The translations under genes were made by a program, and so were the position numbers. 64,000 nt of DNA, taken from positions 24,304,001 through 24,368,000 of the forward strand of contig NC_134471.1 of assembly GCF_964194025.1 (NCBI RefSeq), in the 5' to 3' direction. This DNA is from Convolutriloba macropyga (Eukaryota). Below, piece by piece: positions 39,194 through 53,000 of this stretch (position 1 is its first letter; every line of letters begins with the position of its first letter). Under the pieces are notes generated by a model. It searched no databases and had not been told where the DNA came from. It saw only the letters and a list, made by a program, of their open reading frames with translations.

Positions 39194-40214
39194 ATATTTT
39201 CACACCGTTCACATTATGTGCTTTGAAGTGGGGGTGCTATGCGAATTCTACCGAGAGTTTAGAACTTTAGTCGGAAATTGTATACCTTTTGTAAAGCTAA
39301 TTATGAATTAATTCTGTAAATTTAACGCGCACCTTAATTAATATTTCTGGCTCCAGTTTATCATAAATTGTTTCCACAGATCTTTAACAGAATTGAATGT
39401 GAATGATAAACTGGAGACCTTTATTGAGTTAATATGGGATGGCTTTTAATAGATAGCGTTGATTTCTGTTATGGAAATAACGTTGCGAGAGAATCCGATT
39501 CAGTTCCATGATTCGACCGAATTAGTCAATCCAAATTCCTCAATATAATATATTTTATAGGGAAAATTTAGTTTGCGGTTTTGCTAGCAGTCACTTTGCG
39601 GTCTGAGATGCTTCCCAAATTAATCTTATCTCTTTCTTCACTGTTAACTCACCGTTAATATCTAATACAATAACTGTTCTCAATTGTCGTTATTCAAGTT
39701 ATCGCTGAAGCACCTTTTTTGAGATGCCCGTTGATATTAACCCATTTTATCATGAGTTGCACTACTCCAAGTATCAGATCATTAAGGTAAGTGAAGAGAA
39801 ATCAACTTGACAAATATCAGAAGATTAGTCTTATTTATAAGTTTCAGCGGGATATAGCATAAAGTTGAAATTTAAACTTGCTAAAGTTCCTGTATCGTTG
39901 ACAAAAAAATCACAAATGATGTAAGTAGCAATACGGTTCCGGCGAACAATCGTATAGGCACAGAGAAATGTATTCGTACAACTTTCTTAAATTTCAACCA
40001 CTAAACAAATGAGCTGTGTAGATAATTTGCTCTAGTAAAAAATATATTATACGTAAAATATATATATTTTAAAATTTTGAATTTTGTTCTGATATTCTGA
40101 GAAATAGTTCAGAAAGTTATACTTAAGCCGGGTTGGTTATTGTAGACAAATGACTGGGGAAAATATCGCTAACCTTGGCAAAACCCGGGCCACAGAATTT
40201 TGCCAAACTTATGT

Positions 40215-40388
40215 AAGATAAGCGGTAACTACCGTTGAAACGTTAAAAAATTCACCCTAATTTCCGTACATAAATTTGTCTTGAAGGCGTTGAATTTACC
40301 CCCATAAATTCTATGGATCCAATGCAAACATGTGCCAGAAGATTGTGGTTAGTTTTCTAAATTGTCAACGCTAGTTACCGCTTATCTT
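40215..40388. mobile_element. Small MITE-like inverted-repeat element
   Basis: Perfect 17-bp inverted repeat AAGATAAGCGGTAACTA (40215-40231) and TAGTTACCGCTTATCTT (40372-40388), extending imperfectly on both sides. Confidence 0.55.
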
Positions 40389-40389
40389 G

Positions 40390-41717
40390 CATTATTTTGT
40401 TTTTCTAAGCGTAGACCTTAAATAATTTGACTTCCTGTACATAATTTGACATAATCTGACCTTACGTAATGTGACTTGTTTATCTTACTTTGTTCATGTT
40501 ACTTGCTTATCGCGCGATCTAACACTCTGCCATAGTACCTTAGATTTGTTACGGGCATTTACACTCTTTGTGAATCGGATTGTCACAGCACGTTCTTAAG
40601 AAACGATCTTACTAGATCCTACATAATTTTGTCGTTTCTAAGCGTAGATATTACTTATTTTTTTTTTGTTTCTAAGCATAGACCTTAATTAAATTTATAC
40701 ACACAATTATTCAGCAGTTAATAGTTGCACTTATGGAAATCGTAGGCTCTATAGACAATTGTTGAGTTTCATTAAACTAAAATTTGAGTTTTCTGCGCAA
40801 TTAATATGAATTTGGCAAAAAATTAGTTTCGGACACTAATATTGGTAACCTAATCCTAATCCCAACACCCGCCTAGCAAACTGTCTCCTCCCCTGCCTAC
40901 CTATCACCAACTGCACTCCCCCCACACACACATACACACACATACCCATTCATAATCCCCACATTTATTTAAAATCAGCGCTAAGTTCAACAAAAAGTTG
41001 TTTGAGTTCAACGCTAAATTCATTTGCAAAATACGTAATCTACGCATAGAAACGCAAAGATATTGAAGATTAACGCTAGATGCAACGCAGAAATATCTTA
41101 GATCAACGCTGAATTTAACACAATATTACGTAAGATCTACTCGTAAAAACACAAAATGAGTTAGAACAACGCTAAATTCAACACAAAATCATGTAAGATC
41201 TACGCTTAGAATCGCACAATTATGTAAGATCAGCGCTAAATTAGACGTAATATTACTGAAATCTACTTAGAATGGCAAAACTAGAGATCATGGCTAAGTT
41301 CAACGCAAATTTGTCTGAGATCACCGCTGAATTCAACAAAAAATTATGTAAGATCCACACTTGGAATTTCAAATTATGTAAAATCAGAGCTAAATTCAGC
41401 GCAAAATTACGTGCGATCAAGGCTAATTTCAATGCAATCTTATTTGAGATCGGCGCTGATTTTGCCGCAAAAATATGAATGATCAGCGCTAAAATCAACG
41501 AAATATTACGTAAAATCAACTTATAGAAACGCAAAGTGAGGTGAGGTCAGCATTGAATTCAACGGAGAGTTATGTAAGATCCACGCTAAGTTAAACTTAA
41601 TATTAGGTAAAATCTACTGTCAGAAACGAAAAACTAGGTGAGATCAATCATAAATTCAACACAAAATTAGGCAAGGTCTACGCTTAGAAACGCAAAATTA
41701 TTCAAGATCTACGCTTG
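40390..41717. mobile_element. Foldback-like element with inverted arrays of about 30-bp subrepeats
   Basis: TTTCTAAGCGTAGA(C/T) units at 40390-40690 are the reverse complement of the TAAGATCTACGCTTAGAAACGCAAAATTA-like units at 40975-41717. Confidence 0.6.
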
Positions 41718-44219
41718 CAATATTTTCTTTTCTACCCCTCTAACATAAAATTAGCACACTCACAGCCACATTCACATCACTTTGAGTTGTTTTTTGCGTT
41801 GAAACCTCGACCCGGGAAGTAACCCTCTGATCGCAATTGGATTATGACAACATGCTGAAATATGCTGTTTGTGCAAATCGGTAAATAATTTTAAGTACAA
41901 TACCAACGCTATACACGACGAAATTTGGGTCCTTTGTTATTTACAACCAAAAATGCCCAAGTGATCGAAAAGGTCAAAATCCTGTAATAATGCTATGCAT
42001 TTGCAAGATACTACATAGTTCAACAATTTTGTTGCAAGATACTTGCAAGCATTGAATTCTTTCAACAAGATTATTGTAGGATTCGAACCCTCTGATCTGT
42101 AATACCTGTGGTCAACTAAGGTTGGTATATGAATGTGGTTTCTTCAGCTTTGATTACAGAGTTCAGTTAATACAGTCTTGTAATGCAGAAACTCAAAAAA
42201 AAAACATTTCTTGCAGGTGATTGATAATCCAAATAATTATCAGCATGTGAGTATGTTGCACAAGTAGTAGACAGCTCACGTTTGGAGTGCTTGCAAATTT
42301 TGTGGATTTGATTCTAATCATTAACTTGAAAGCTCCCCCTTTTTTGGGAATTGAAATACCCTTCTATTGGAATCTTAGTTGGACGATTGCATCTCAGCTA
42401 ATGAATCCAGTGATTAAATTGTTTAATGTTTCATTTAATTCGAGAATATCGTTTGATAATTAATGTTATCAATGTTCAATAGATACGTTTTGAATAATAT
42501 CAGCACAAATCTTAGACTTAATATCTAATAGAATGCAGTAAATGAAAATAATTCAAAATTGAGCCTTCCAATAAGCACTGCGGAACCAAATCAATATTAC
42601 TGGTAGATAGACTAATTTTCGGTTTTTTAATTATCAATCGGTCAAAGCAGGCGCATCTTCTATGAAAACTGACCACTACCGGAGTCAAAACGGAATCTCT
42701 TACTTTGAAGTAAAGTGTTGTAACCACTACACCAACTCTTATTAAGCTCGCGAACATGGGAATCTCTATAACACATTTGCTTGTTTTGTCTTGTTCCTCG
42801 CGGCCGCATCTCTTCAACCAATTATATGTTGAACAAGTAGAGCTTCTGGTCAACCCACGTCAAGCTAATTTTTTCCCCAATTTTGCATTAGGTTGTTTTC
42901 TCTCAATATTCCGACACTAGTTATCTGGGAAGTAACCACTGTGGTGTGGAATAACAAACAAAATAGTCCAAGATCTGGCTAAGATCTGAGAAAAATTGTT
43001 GTGGGTCTGCATTACGACGTCTGGGTTACAAAATTTTGGCTCCATTACAACATAACCAATTTTGGTTCGGCCATAGTTGGCCTGCGTCTTGAGTTATATT
43101 TGGCTTTTCATAGGAGAGAACATAGATGACTTGAAAAAACCAGGCAAGATCTTTCCAAGAGCTTGGCAACACAAGTGTGGTTCCTGGGGGAAATCACGAT
43201 TTTTTATGGAATTGCAGTGGATTTTGTGTCTCTTTGCACTAAGGTACTCTACATCACCTTAATTAATTTTCATATTTTGACAAATGAACAAACCTAAAAT
43301 TTTAATACTTCAGATCCCAAGGGTTCCAAGAAATTCCAGGAAATTAATAAAAAAAGAAACTAATAAAACTAATAAAAAAAATTAAGTTACAGATTTTCAT
43401 GACTTTTACATACATTACTTTGGCTGTACATGGTGTTTTTGTATAGTTGAGTCATTGGATACTTTTTCGTAATAGAAATCTGTAAATGGACTTCATTACA
43501 CAACTGCTTTTGATCACTTATTAGTGTTGGTTCCACTCGGCCTGAGGCCTCATTCCTGTCCTCTTATAATTCGATACGTCTAGCAGAAATCTGACAAACA
43601 CATCGATCGGACTAAAACATATTGACTGAGAAATATTTAAAAACCTTTTTTCAATGAAAACTATATTTCACAATCTGAACTGTCTATTTAATTAAGTATT
43701 AACTCCAATGTTTTTAGAGCAAGTATATAAGTAACTAAGAGACATTGTTAGTATGAGACATTATTCTTATACGTTTCTATAACGTTACCCATGATTATAT
43801 CAGCAACAGACAATACTAATAGGATAAACCTTTGAGATACTGTGTCAAGAATTTTTTTTTCAAGTACTTATACCAGTGAATGAACCTATTTTGTTTTGGA
43901 GCACGTGTTTCTCTTTCCTGTTATTTAACCTTCAACTGAAAAGTCAACATTTACTCCTGGCTGTCTATAAGAGAGAAGACCTCTTTATATTGTATACAGT
44001 ATTATAGTTAAATCTGAATAACAGTTTTGCTTCAACAATAATAGTAAATTTCATTTCAATATTTATTAATTTGTTCAATAGCTAATTTTTCTTTTGAATT
44101 CCAATTACTGGTTTGAAATCTCACCTCAGTTTAAATAGCTAGTAAAAAGCTACAAGCTAACTGGTTATAAATTGCATCAACTAAACTGTCAAATTAATTC
44201 AATAATTTTCATTTTGGAT

Positions 44220-44364
44220 ATGGAGTCAAGTGAAGATTTTACCCTGGATTTATTTTCGAGTAAACCCAGCGGAACACCCAGACATTCCCTGAACGGAAAT
44301 AGAACTGAAAATGCTATCGAGGATTCTATGCAGACGATTGCAATTTCAAACCATCTGTTCGGAG
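44220..44364 (+). CDS. Putative first coding exon of the coiled-coil gene
   Basis: MESSEDFTLDLFSSKPSGTPRH...; the phase-1 donor is ambiguous (GAG|GAATCT or weak GT alternatives). Confidence 0.4.
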
Positions 44365-47006
44365 GAATCTGTTTAGTTTTACTATTTTTTTCCGATTAGC
44401 TATTTCGGGTCTTTTCCGTTTGTGCCCCCCCCCCGTACGCTATGCTCACCCCAGTTACAGAGCTTGTGTCATTACATGGTGAATCATTATGTAAAAATAA
44501 GGCACGTGCGTCTGGGGGGTTCGAAATAATATGTATCCACTAAGCTGGGTGGGCGGGAGGCATGTAATGACAAACGGAAAAGATCCGCTTTTTCTACACA
44601 CAGATTTATGACTGTTTGCCATACAAAAATGAGGGACAACCCATTACAATTGGCTTCAGAAAAAAACCCACGGCTTAATTAAATTTTAAAATGGGGGTTT
44701 ATTTCCTGTTGAAATCAGACTGGATTTTTATCCGTGAAGTTTTATATCCTAGACCTCATTACATTAAGTCATATACAATTATGGTTTTTAAAGATATTAT
44801 CACGGGGAGGTGGCACCCATTTGAACTGTTGACGAAATTACTAAAACTACTGAATAAAGAAAAACCATAGCCCCACCCCATCCCAGCTTTGTGCACATAG
44901 AACCCAAGCCTATAACTCACATAGCGCTGTCCTATAATTAATTAATGGGAGCTATAATGGGAAATACTGTGAAAGACTGCACAGTAAGAGGCGTGCCGTC
45001 TTTTCTTCCGTTTCAGTTTTACCCCCTATCATTTAACCCCAATTAATAGCTCGCCCCAATTTTTGATTTTTTCCCATACAATTTGCATTCAAAATTAGAA
45101 ATGCGTAGGGTATGGGGAAAGGGTGTTGAAATTCATAGATGAATCAATCATGCACCCTTAAACCAACGTTAAATTGCATTGCAGCAGATTCCTTTTGTGA
45201 TAGTAACTCATCCGTCAGTAATGGCGATGATGAGGTCATTGATGGACGAAACGCTGACACTGAGGTTCAATTCCAGCAGCCAAATCTAAACAGAAATTCA
45301 GGACAAACTGACGGTGAGAAGTGAAGCCGGATCCGTTTCCTAACTCCTCCAAGATTCGGGTTGTTCACATATGAGTAAGACCAAGTAGTTGCCCGGTGAA
45401 ATTAGTCACTCCATTTTGGAATATATACAATATAATGTCTATTCTGTTTCAACCCCCGGTTTAGTGGTTATATAACTTTGTTCGTGCTATCTTTTTAAAT
45501 TGTTACTTGTTATGTAACAATATATCATCATTCGTAAGTGAGGGCATAAACAAGACTCCGAAACAGAATAGCTCCTCAATACTTTTTCTTTGGCTTACTA
45601 AGTTTTGTTGGAGCCTCGCTTACTAAATGAAGAGACGCATTCATGGCAAAAATTAACACTAGGGTTAGAATAGCATGACTATCGTCACTGAATGCTACTT
45701 TCAATCAAAGCTCATTCAGTTTGTTCACTATTTGACAGCATACTTAAGAAACGATTGTAAGTACATTGAAAATCAAACATAAGGTGAAACTCAAACTCAA
45801 AGTCAAACTACTTAAACTACCTCTATATGTGTATTCCTTGGTTTGCACAAATACAAAATCAACAATACCATCGCATCATATTATGTACTAATTCGGTTGT
45901 TGGTATAGAATACTCGAAAAATTTCTATATGGTCGATATTTCTGCAAAGACATCAAATATAAACCAAAAATAGACATTATGGAAAACTGTTCATTTTTTT
46001 CAACATTGTTATCTGATGGCAATCAACGATGCAAATTTATATGTAAGGACACGTGACTAGAACTAGAAATTGAAATTGAAAAATTTCAACAAACTGGTTA
46101 AAGATCAGCTAGTCCTTTATTTTTTTAAACAAAAATAGAGTGCGTATCGAGGTATATTTCCTTGAGCGGTAAATTGGTTTTAACCGTGTCTTTTTTGTAA
46201 ACAGTCTTTGTGGTTGTGCAGTTTCACCAATCTGGACCTTTTGCAAAAAACAAACTTTGCTCTTCTCAGTTTTCTTAGGAACAAAGTTCGAAAGTAAGAG
46301 AAACTTTATACCAAGTACAGTTTCAATTGCTCTTGCTGGCTGTAGCGAAGTCACTTTTCATATTGTTGTTATGGAAACCAACTGAGCACTAGATTTGACT
46401 AATTAAAGTGAGCAGTTGAAATCCAATAAGGAAATTAATTAGAGTTCTTAAATTTTCGGTTCTTGATAAATTTAAGTCACATGACTCAATGAAGTTTAAT
46501 AGTTTCAATTTGAATTATTTGTTTTTTATAAAGATGCAAATTGTTGAACAGCGGAGCTGAACGATTAGTTGTTGGGACTAATTGAGAATCAAATAATGCA
46601 ACAGTCATCTACAGTATATCTAATCATACGGTTCACAAATTTTGACAGCAAAAGTGTAATACCAGGGAACGTGTGAAACTAATTAAATAAACTGGGTGAG
46701 GTAAAATTTTCCTTCTGATTTATAGAAGTGCCAGCTTCAAATAACCGTTACAAGCTTCAAATCGATGTGAAACGCTGCAAAAGTTTTAGATATAAAGCAC
46801 CATTAAGTATGAGTTTGACTTGATTTGATTATTTTCCAATTTTATTGATCTCTACTACTTCAAAAGAAATACAGAGAGTCGTCAAAATTTAATGACGGGG
46901 CTTGAAGATCAACTTCAGCTTTGGCAAATTGATCCGGGTTACATAATCCTCCTTCATTGATGATTTTTGAATGCAGATTTCACTTCTGCTGACTCAATCA
47001 TATATA

Positions 47007-47059
<53 letters not shown>

Positions 47060-50000
47060 TAGCTAGATTTTATAAATTACATTTAAGTACAGTATCTTTT
47101 CTTGACTCCCATTTTAATCAAGTTTGCTGTAAAACATTGTTCCGGTTCAATGGGAAACCGATCCACCGAATGCCCCACAAAAGGTGTTAATGATGGTGAT
47201 GCACTGAAGGATCAAGGCCAAAGAAGGTCTTCGGGAAAAACCGGAAAAAGTGGAACGAGGCGTCGAAGTAGTGGAAGTGGATCAGGCGGACGGAGGGAAG
47301 ACCTCGTCACAGAAAAATTGTTCTAACAACTTACGCACTCATAACAATTTTTAAGTTACGGAACTTAACCCCATTATGCTCTTGTCTTAGATCGTCTCTC
47401 CATCTCAAACCCCCCCCCCCCCCCCCAGATTTAAGAATTTTGAGAGCAATTTTCTAAAAAGTCCCTCAATTAACCCAACAATCAAAATTAAGGTTTAAAT
47501 TAAATTTTCCTTCATTGCAAAAAATACTATTTTTTCTATTGACTATAGGTTATTAAAGTTAAAAGTAAATTAAACAAAATTAGTGTTTGAGTAAAAGGCA
47601 ATTAATATCAAATGGAAAAGTTGTTTTTCACCAAGCGACCGCTACTCGGTTTTTTGGATACGCAATGATTCTGTGCCGTCACCAAATGTGTCCGTAGAAA
47701 GAGCAGCGGTGGATCTGGCAAAAAGAGACGAGGAAGCAAGAAACGAAGGGGATCGCGTCGGCGAAGGAAGTCTTCGACTAAGAAAACGTTCAGCGACAAA
47801 AGTATCATGGTCTTGTCACGTGACTACATTTTGGATAAGATGTTGATTGAAGAGAACGAAGACCATTTTACCGAAATGTTTGCGTTGTCGAAAAAGATTG
47901 ACCAGATTTCGAAGAAGGGAGTCTTTTTTATGAATAGTGTTTCGCACTGTTTTCTCAGCTTTTCTAACAAAAATTTTTTTCAATACGCTTAGACCGTTGT
48001 CATAGCAACCAGCGAATTTTCCTCGATGGTTTTAAATATTGGATCTTTTTGGTTTTTGACCACGAACCCCCTCCCCAAACAACGTAATGCTACCCCAGTT
48101 ACACCATTTAAAAATTGAGTGTTATGTTACAAGCCAAATCATTACATTTTAATACAGCACGTGCACTTGGGGTGTTGGGGGATTCTGACCTGTTTTTTAT
48201 TAGTTGCGTATTGTGGACTGGATTTAGGAAAAAAATATTACTAACTGGGTGTTGGTGTTGATGGCAGGCGTCAGCGTGCCATGAGGGAGTTGCGGAATTA
48301 GCCAGAGTTCTGAGCGAGAACCAAACAGGGCTGATTGTGGAGAGACTCAAAAAACAGATTGCAGAGTCATTTCTCGACTTCCAGGCAAAACACACAGCAC
48401 ACGTTTTAAAGCATCAGCATTAGCATGGAAAAGAAATAACTTCATTTGTATTTGTGTTGGAAATTGAATTGAACTGCAATAATTGACTTCATTTTTTTGA
48501 AATTTTCAGCATTTTGATAGTTGTTCCAGACAAAAGATTTTACATCCTTGCATTTTTATAATTTCTGGCAAGTTTTTCAATTAGTTTCAAGTATAGTTAT
48601 TTAGTTAACATGCTCCCCTTTTCAGCATTAGGTTTTCTTAAAAAGTAGGTTTTTCATTGAATTACATTAATTTAGAAGAAATCTCTCATTTCGTTCCGCT
48701 TTTTGAACATCTTCCTGTCACATATGTTCCTTCCTACCTTCTTATGAACAATGTTTGTCGATTTTAATTTCTGATTGCGAGTTCTCAGAATACTTAATTT
48801 GCTCGTCATATATATTTCTATTAGAGTGCGTTGTGTGTGTGTTTACTTACCATTTGCCACTTACCATGACTAGAGAAAGAGCCAGCTGAAACAGCAGGAG
48901 ATCCAGGGTCTGTCTCTTGAGAACAGCTTCCAAGTAGAAGTCAGTTTGCTAGCTAAGATGAACACAGAAAGCAAACACATTCGAGAACAGGTATTTAAGG
49001 CAATCAGATCTTAGTTATAGAGCAACCAGCGCAGTTTTAAATAAATCTCTTTTATGAATTTAATCAACTCAAACGCCGCGATTCTCTGTTTTGTTAACGT
49101 TACGAATGATTTTCGGACGACATTATGAAATCAAATATTTGGTAGTTTGTCATAAAACTTACGATATAGCTTTTTTAAAAAAATGAACTGTGTTTAAGTT
49201 CAATGAATGCCCTTATGCTTATTTGATAGGACATTCTGTATCTCTTATGTTTATTTTTTTTACTACAAACAACAATTTGTTTTTGATGTTTGCGGCAAGA
49301 GCCAGAGAATTCAAAATTGTTTTCTGACGCAATGCAAACACGCAGATTTCATGCCGGTGATGAAAGATACGGATCTTTTCCAGACATCACCAGTCATTTT
49401 AGATCTTGACTTCGTGCATGTGGTGTGGATGTAAAGTTGTGGAAAGAGTAGACAGTTACTGTAAACTACTCAAGTACATTTGGGAAAGAGAGGCAAGCGA
49501 GGTAGTGGCAAAACAGGGCTGGCTAAGTCTCAATGACCACACTGATAGGGTTAAGAGGATGTTGATACAGGACTCATTGACTGAAATGTTAGTAGGATTC
49601 CAAATCTAGGATTTCAAGAATTAGTTTATTTTTTCAACAGCATAAAGTGGCGAAATGTCCTAATAAACATATAATGGAAACATATATCGTAAAAAAATCC
49701 GCAAAAAATTCAAAAGTATGAGATATATTTTCGTCCTTAACAGGCAAAACAATCAAAGGCTTATTTCAAGTTAATTTTTACCAGCTCTTTAGGGGCCTGA
49801 TTTCTTTATTTTTTCGTACGTAAAAAATGACAGAGAAAATGGGCCAAAAATGACAGAGAAAATGACAGATACTTCAAATTTCTAATCAACAAAAAAGAGG
49901 CTAGTCAATTTTCGTTCGCACTCGATGTTCCGACCCGAGCTCATCTACATTTTTGACTTAACTGTCAACCAAATGAAGAGATAATCAAAAATAGATCTTT

Positions 50001-53000
50001 GAGTTTTAAAAAAATCGTTACACAAGTTACTAAAAGAGTTACATAATGTCACGCCTCATTACAGCGCTCAGAATATTGACCATTGATAAGACTACGGGTA
50101 AAAAAACAACAAAAAATGCAAAAACAAAAAAAAATCAGTTTTTGCGGCAAAAATTCAACATTTAAACCTGAAAGCACCTATTAACAACGTCAAACTAAAA
50201 GCACATAGAACATTAACCATGCAAAATTACTTTTTCGTTAATACAAAGCAGATGAAACTTTTTTAAATGAGACTGGGTAGCAAATTGATACAAGGAAGAC
50301 ATAATGAGGCGAAAATCAAATATCAACCAATATTTTTTAAACAAAATATTTTAATAATTCTTAAAACATTAGCTTTTAACAAAAGAAAACTCTTGATAAA
50401 ATCACTAAAGAAACTTTATGAAACCACCAAGTCTTTCATGGCTCACCTTGGCCTCATTTGGAAGTCATTGGGAGCTTTTATTACGCGATTGCGCTTAAAG
50501 AAAAGAAAAAGGAACAAACTTATTGACCACTAACAAAACTTTTATAAAAACGCATATTGTTCTACTCACAAAACATCTGTTACGACCTAATATCAATGGA
50601 CACGCTAAAGTTTGAATTACAAGGAAGTGGACGGGTCCTCTCATTGATGAGAATTAGATGCAAGAGTACAAATATAACAACAAATGAATTAATTAGAAAA
50701 ATATAGTAAACCTTAATGCTATTTGCTATAAACTTACTGCATTGAGTAAGTTCTTTCATTCATCCCTCAGTTAGATGTTTATGAGAACTCTCAGCATTCA
50801 CGTCAACATAAGGAATTAAAAAAAAGAGGCAAAAAACTCAAATAAAAATTGAGAAAAGAGAGTGTCAAAGCCATTAAAAATGAACTATTCAACAAAATTT
50901 TTCTCATTTTAAGTTAATTTTTAACAACAATAGGTTCTTTTTGTGTAACAATATGGCTTCAAAAAACCAACAATCATGAAAATATTTTAAAACCACTAAA
51001 TTTTTTAAAAAACCCGTACTACCAAAGTCATTAATTCTATAGTTTTCAACGGAAATAAAAAAAATAGAGTTATAAAAAATTATGCCTGATTTGGAATGCA
51101 AAATTTTTTCTTTAAATTTAGTTTATCAATTGGTTATGAAATTGCGCGAAGCCATTAAAAACTGCGCAAAGCCATTAAAACAATACGTTTTCTCCAAAAA
51201 CTTTATCAACAATCCTTTGAACGTCTTCTCCATGGCAGCGGGAGCTATTAATAATAGGATAAGGTGATAAGATTTCAAAAGTAACAAAAATATAAAAAAT
51301 TAACCAAAAATTAAAAAAATTATGGAAAGTTTTGGCATCGAGATTATAAGACAAATTTAGAAGATAGAAGCGCTAATCAGAAATTTTTTTGATTGCAGTA
51401 AAAAGGAGGGGTCTTGTCAATAGTGAAACTGATTTACAATTCACAAAAAGAATTTTAGGATGGATAAATGTTTTTTTCGAAAAAATATTTTAAAAGTCTT
51501 AACCGCCATTAGCTGTCCACTCAAATTACTAAACATGTTTGCTTACTACTTTTTAGCAAGCCTATTGCATTATTAGTCAACGAGTTTGTGCCATAAGACT
51601 TCACATTTTTTAAGATCTCAAAAAACCACAATTTTAAGAATCACAAAAAATGAGCTATTCCTTGAAAAGGAATTATTTGTTCATTGGGCATTATTTGACT
51701 GTAAATCAGGTTTTTCATTAACAGAATCTGGATTTGAGAAGTTACTAGTCCCTTACTGACTTGAAAAAATTTTTAAAAAAGTTGAAGTGGTTAAAATATT
51801 AGCTCTCCACTAGTAATCGATTTTTTTATAGTTAACTTCCCTATGAGACAACAAAAACTACCATTTTTTACGGCCGTTTTACAAATGTTTCATTTGTAGC
51901 AAAAACGTAATTTTGAATACAAAAATTACGCTAAAAGTGAGCAAAATCATGCCAAACATCACGTGTTCACACAAAATTTTAAACCTCGATGGCTCCTCGA
52001 AAAAAAAACAAAATTCAAAAAAATCTTTTAAATTCCGGACTCTAGTCTGGCCGTGCTTTTTAATGTCACTACTCACATTTCTCTACGATGAATATATAGA
52101 TCGGCCAAATTTGACTCAACGAAAAAAAACCCATTTATGCATGTAGTTCCTCCACCACAAGTGGGGTCGAAACAAACATGTTTTTTATTCTAAATCTCAA
52201 ATTGACTGTGGTATCAGGAACATTAAGCAGTCGTGGCATTTGATATCAAATTAGGCTAATCGATATCTTTTTCGTGCTAAAACAAAAGCGTTGTCGGAAA
52301 CATTAAAAAAGAATCTTTTAAAAATTCTCCAAGTGCAAGATGTTATTTTAAATCAAAACTTGAATATATTCCCTAGAGTTATATTTGAAATTTAAAAGAA
52401 ATTCTGATTGTTCCAATGAAGATTGACCGAAAAAATAGCAAAGAATTCTACTGTCAAACTTTTTTAATTAGATATTTTTTGCGCTCTTTCTAAAAGCCGG
52501 ATTGTTGAATGCATCTGCTCAAATACAGCTTGGTTTAGGCTAAGCTATTCAATGAATTAGTGAGAATAAACGAAATGATTTTCCAGTTATTGTCGTAACC
52601 AAAAAATTAAAGCTAATCAGATAGTTTGTGTCTTTTCAAAGCTCTGATTGTACGAATAACGGTACTAGAATTGAGTCGGTGCTCTGAATTGAGTCGGAAT
52701 CTCATATATAAACTTTAGTACTGGACCATAGTCTTTTCATTATGATTGAGAAACTGTCTTTAAATGTTGAAGGGATAGAACCTCAAAGAAATTTGAGCGA
52801 GACGCAGACAGGATCTTGGAGAGGTATAATGAGCTGAAAGACTCAAACGAGGCACTTGCAAAAGACCTATTCTTAGTGCTCAATAAGCTCAAACAGGCTA
52901 GTTCATCATTCATCTCCAAAGTAGCACTTTCACACGCTTTAAATCGCTTGAATTTGATAACAAGGACCGTTTGTTTCGCAATTAATTCTGGTTCCGTAAA

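Noticed and set aside
42060-42125. tRNA gene on the - strand (GGTTCGAATCC B-box)
   Set aside because: No cloverleaf or clear A-box; at most a SINE remnant.
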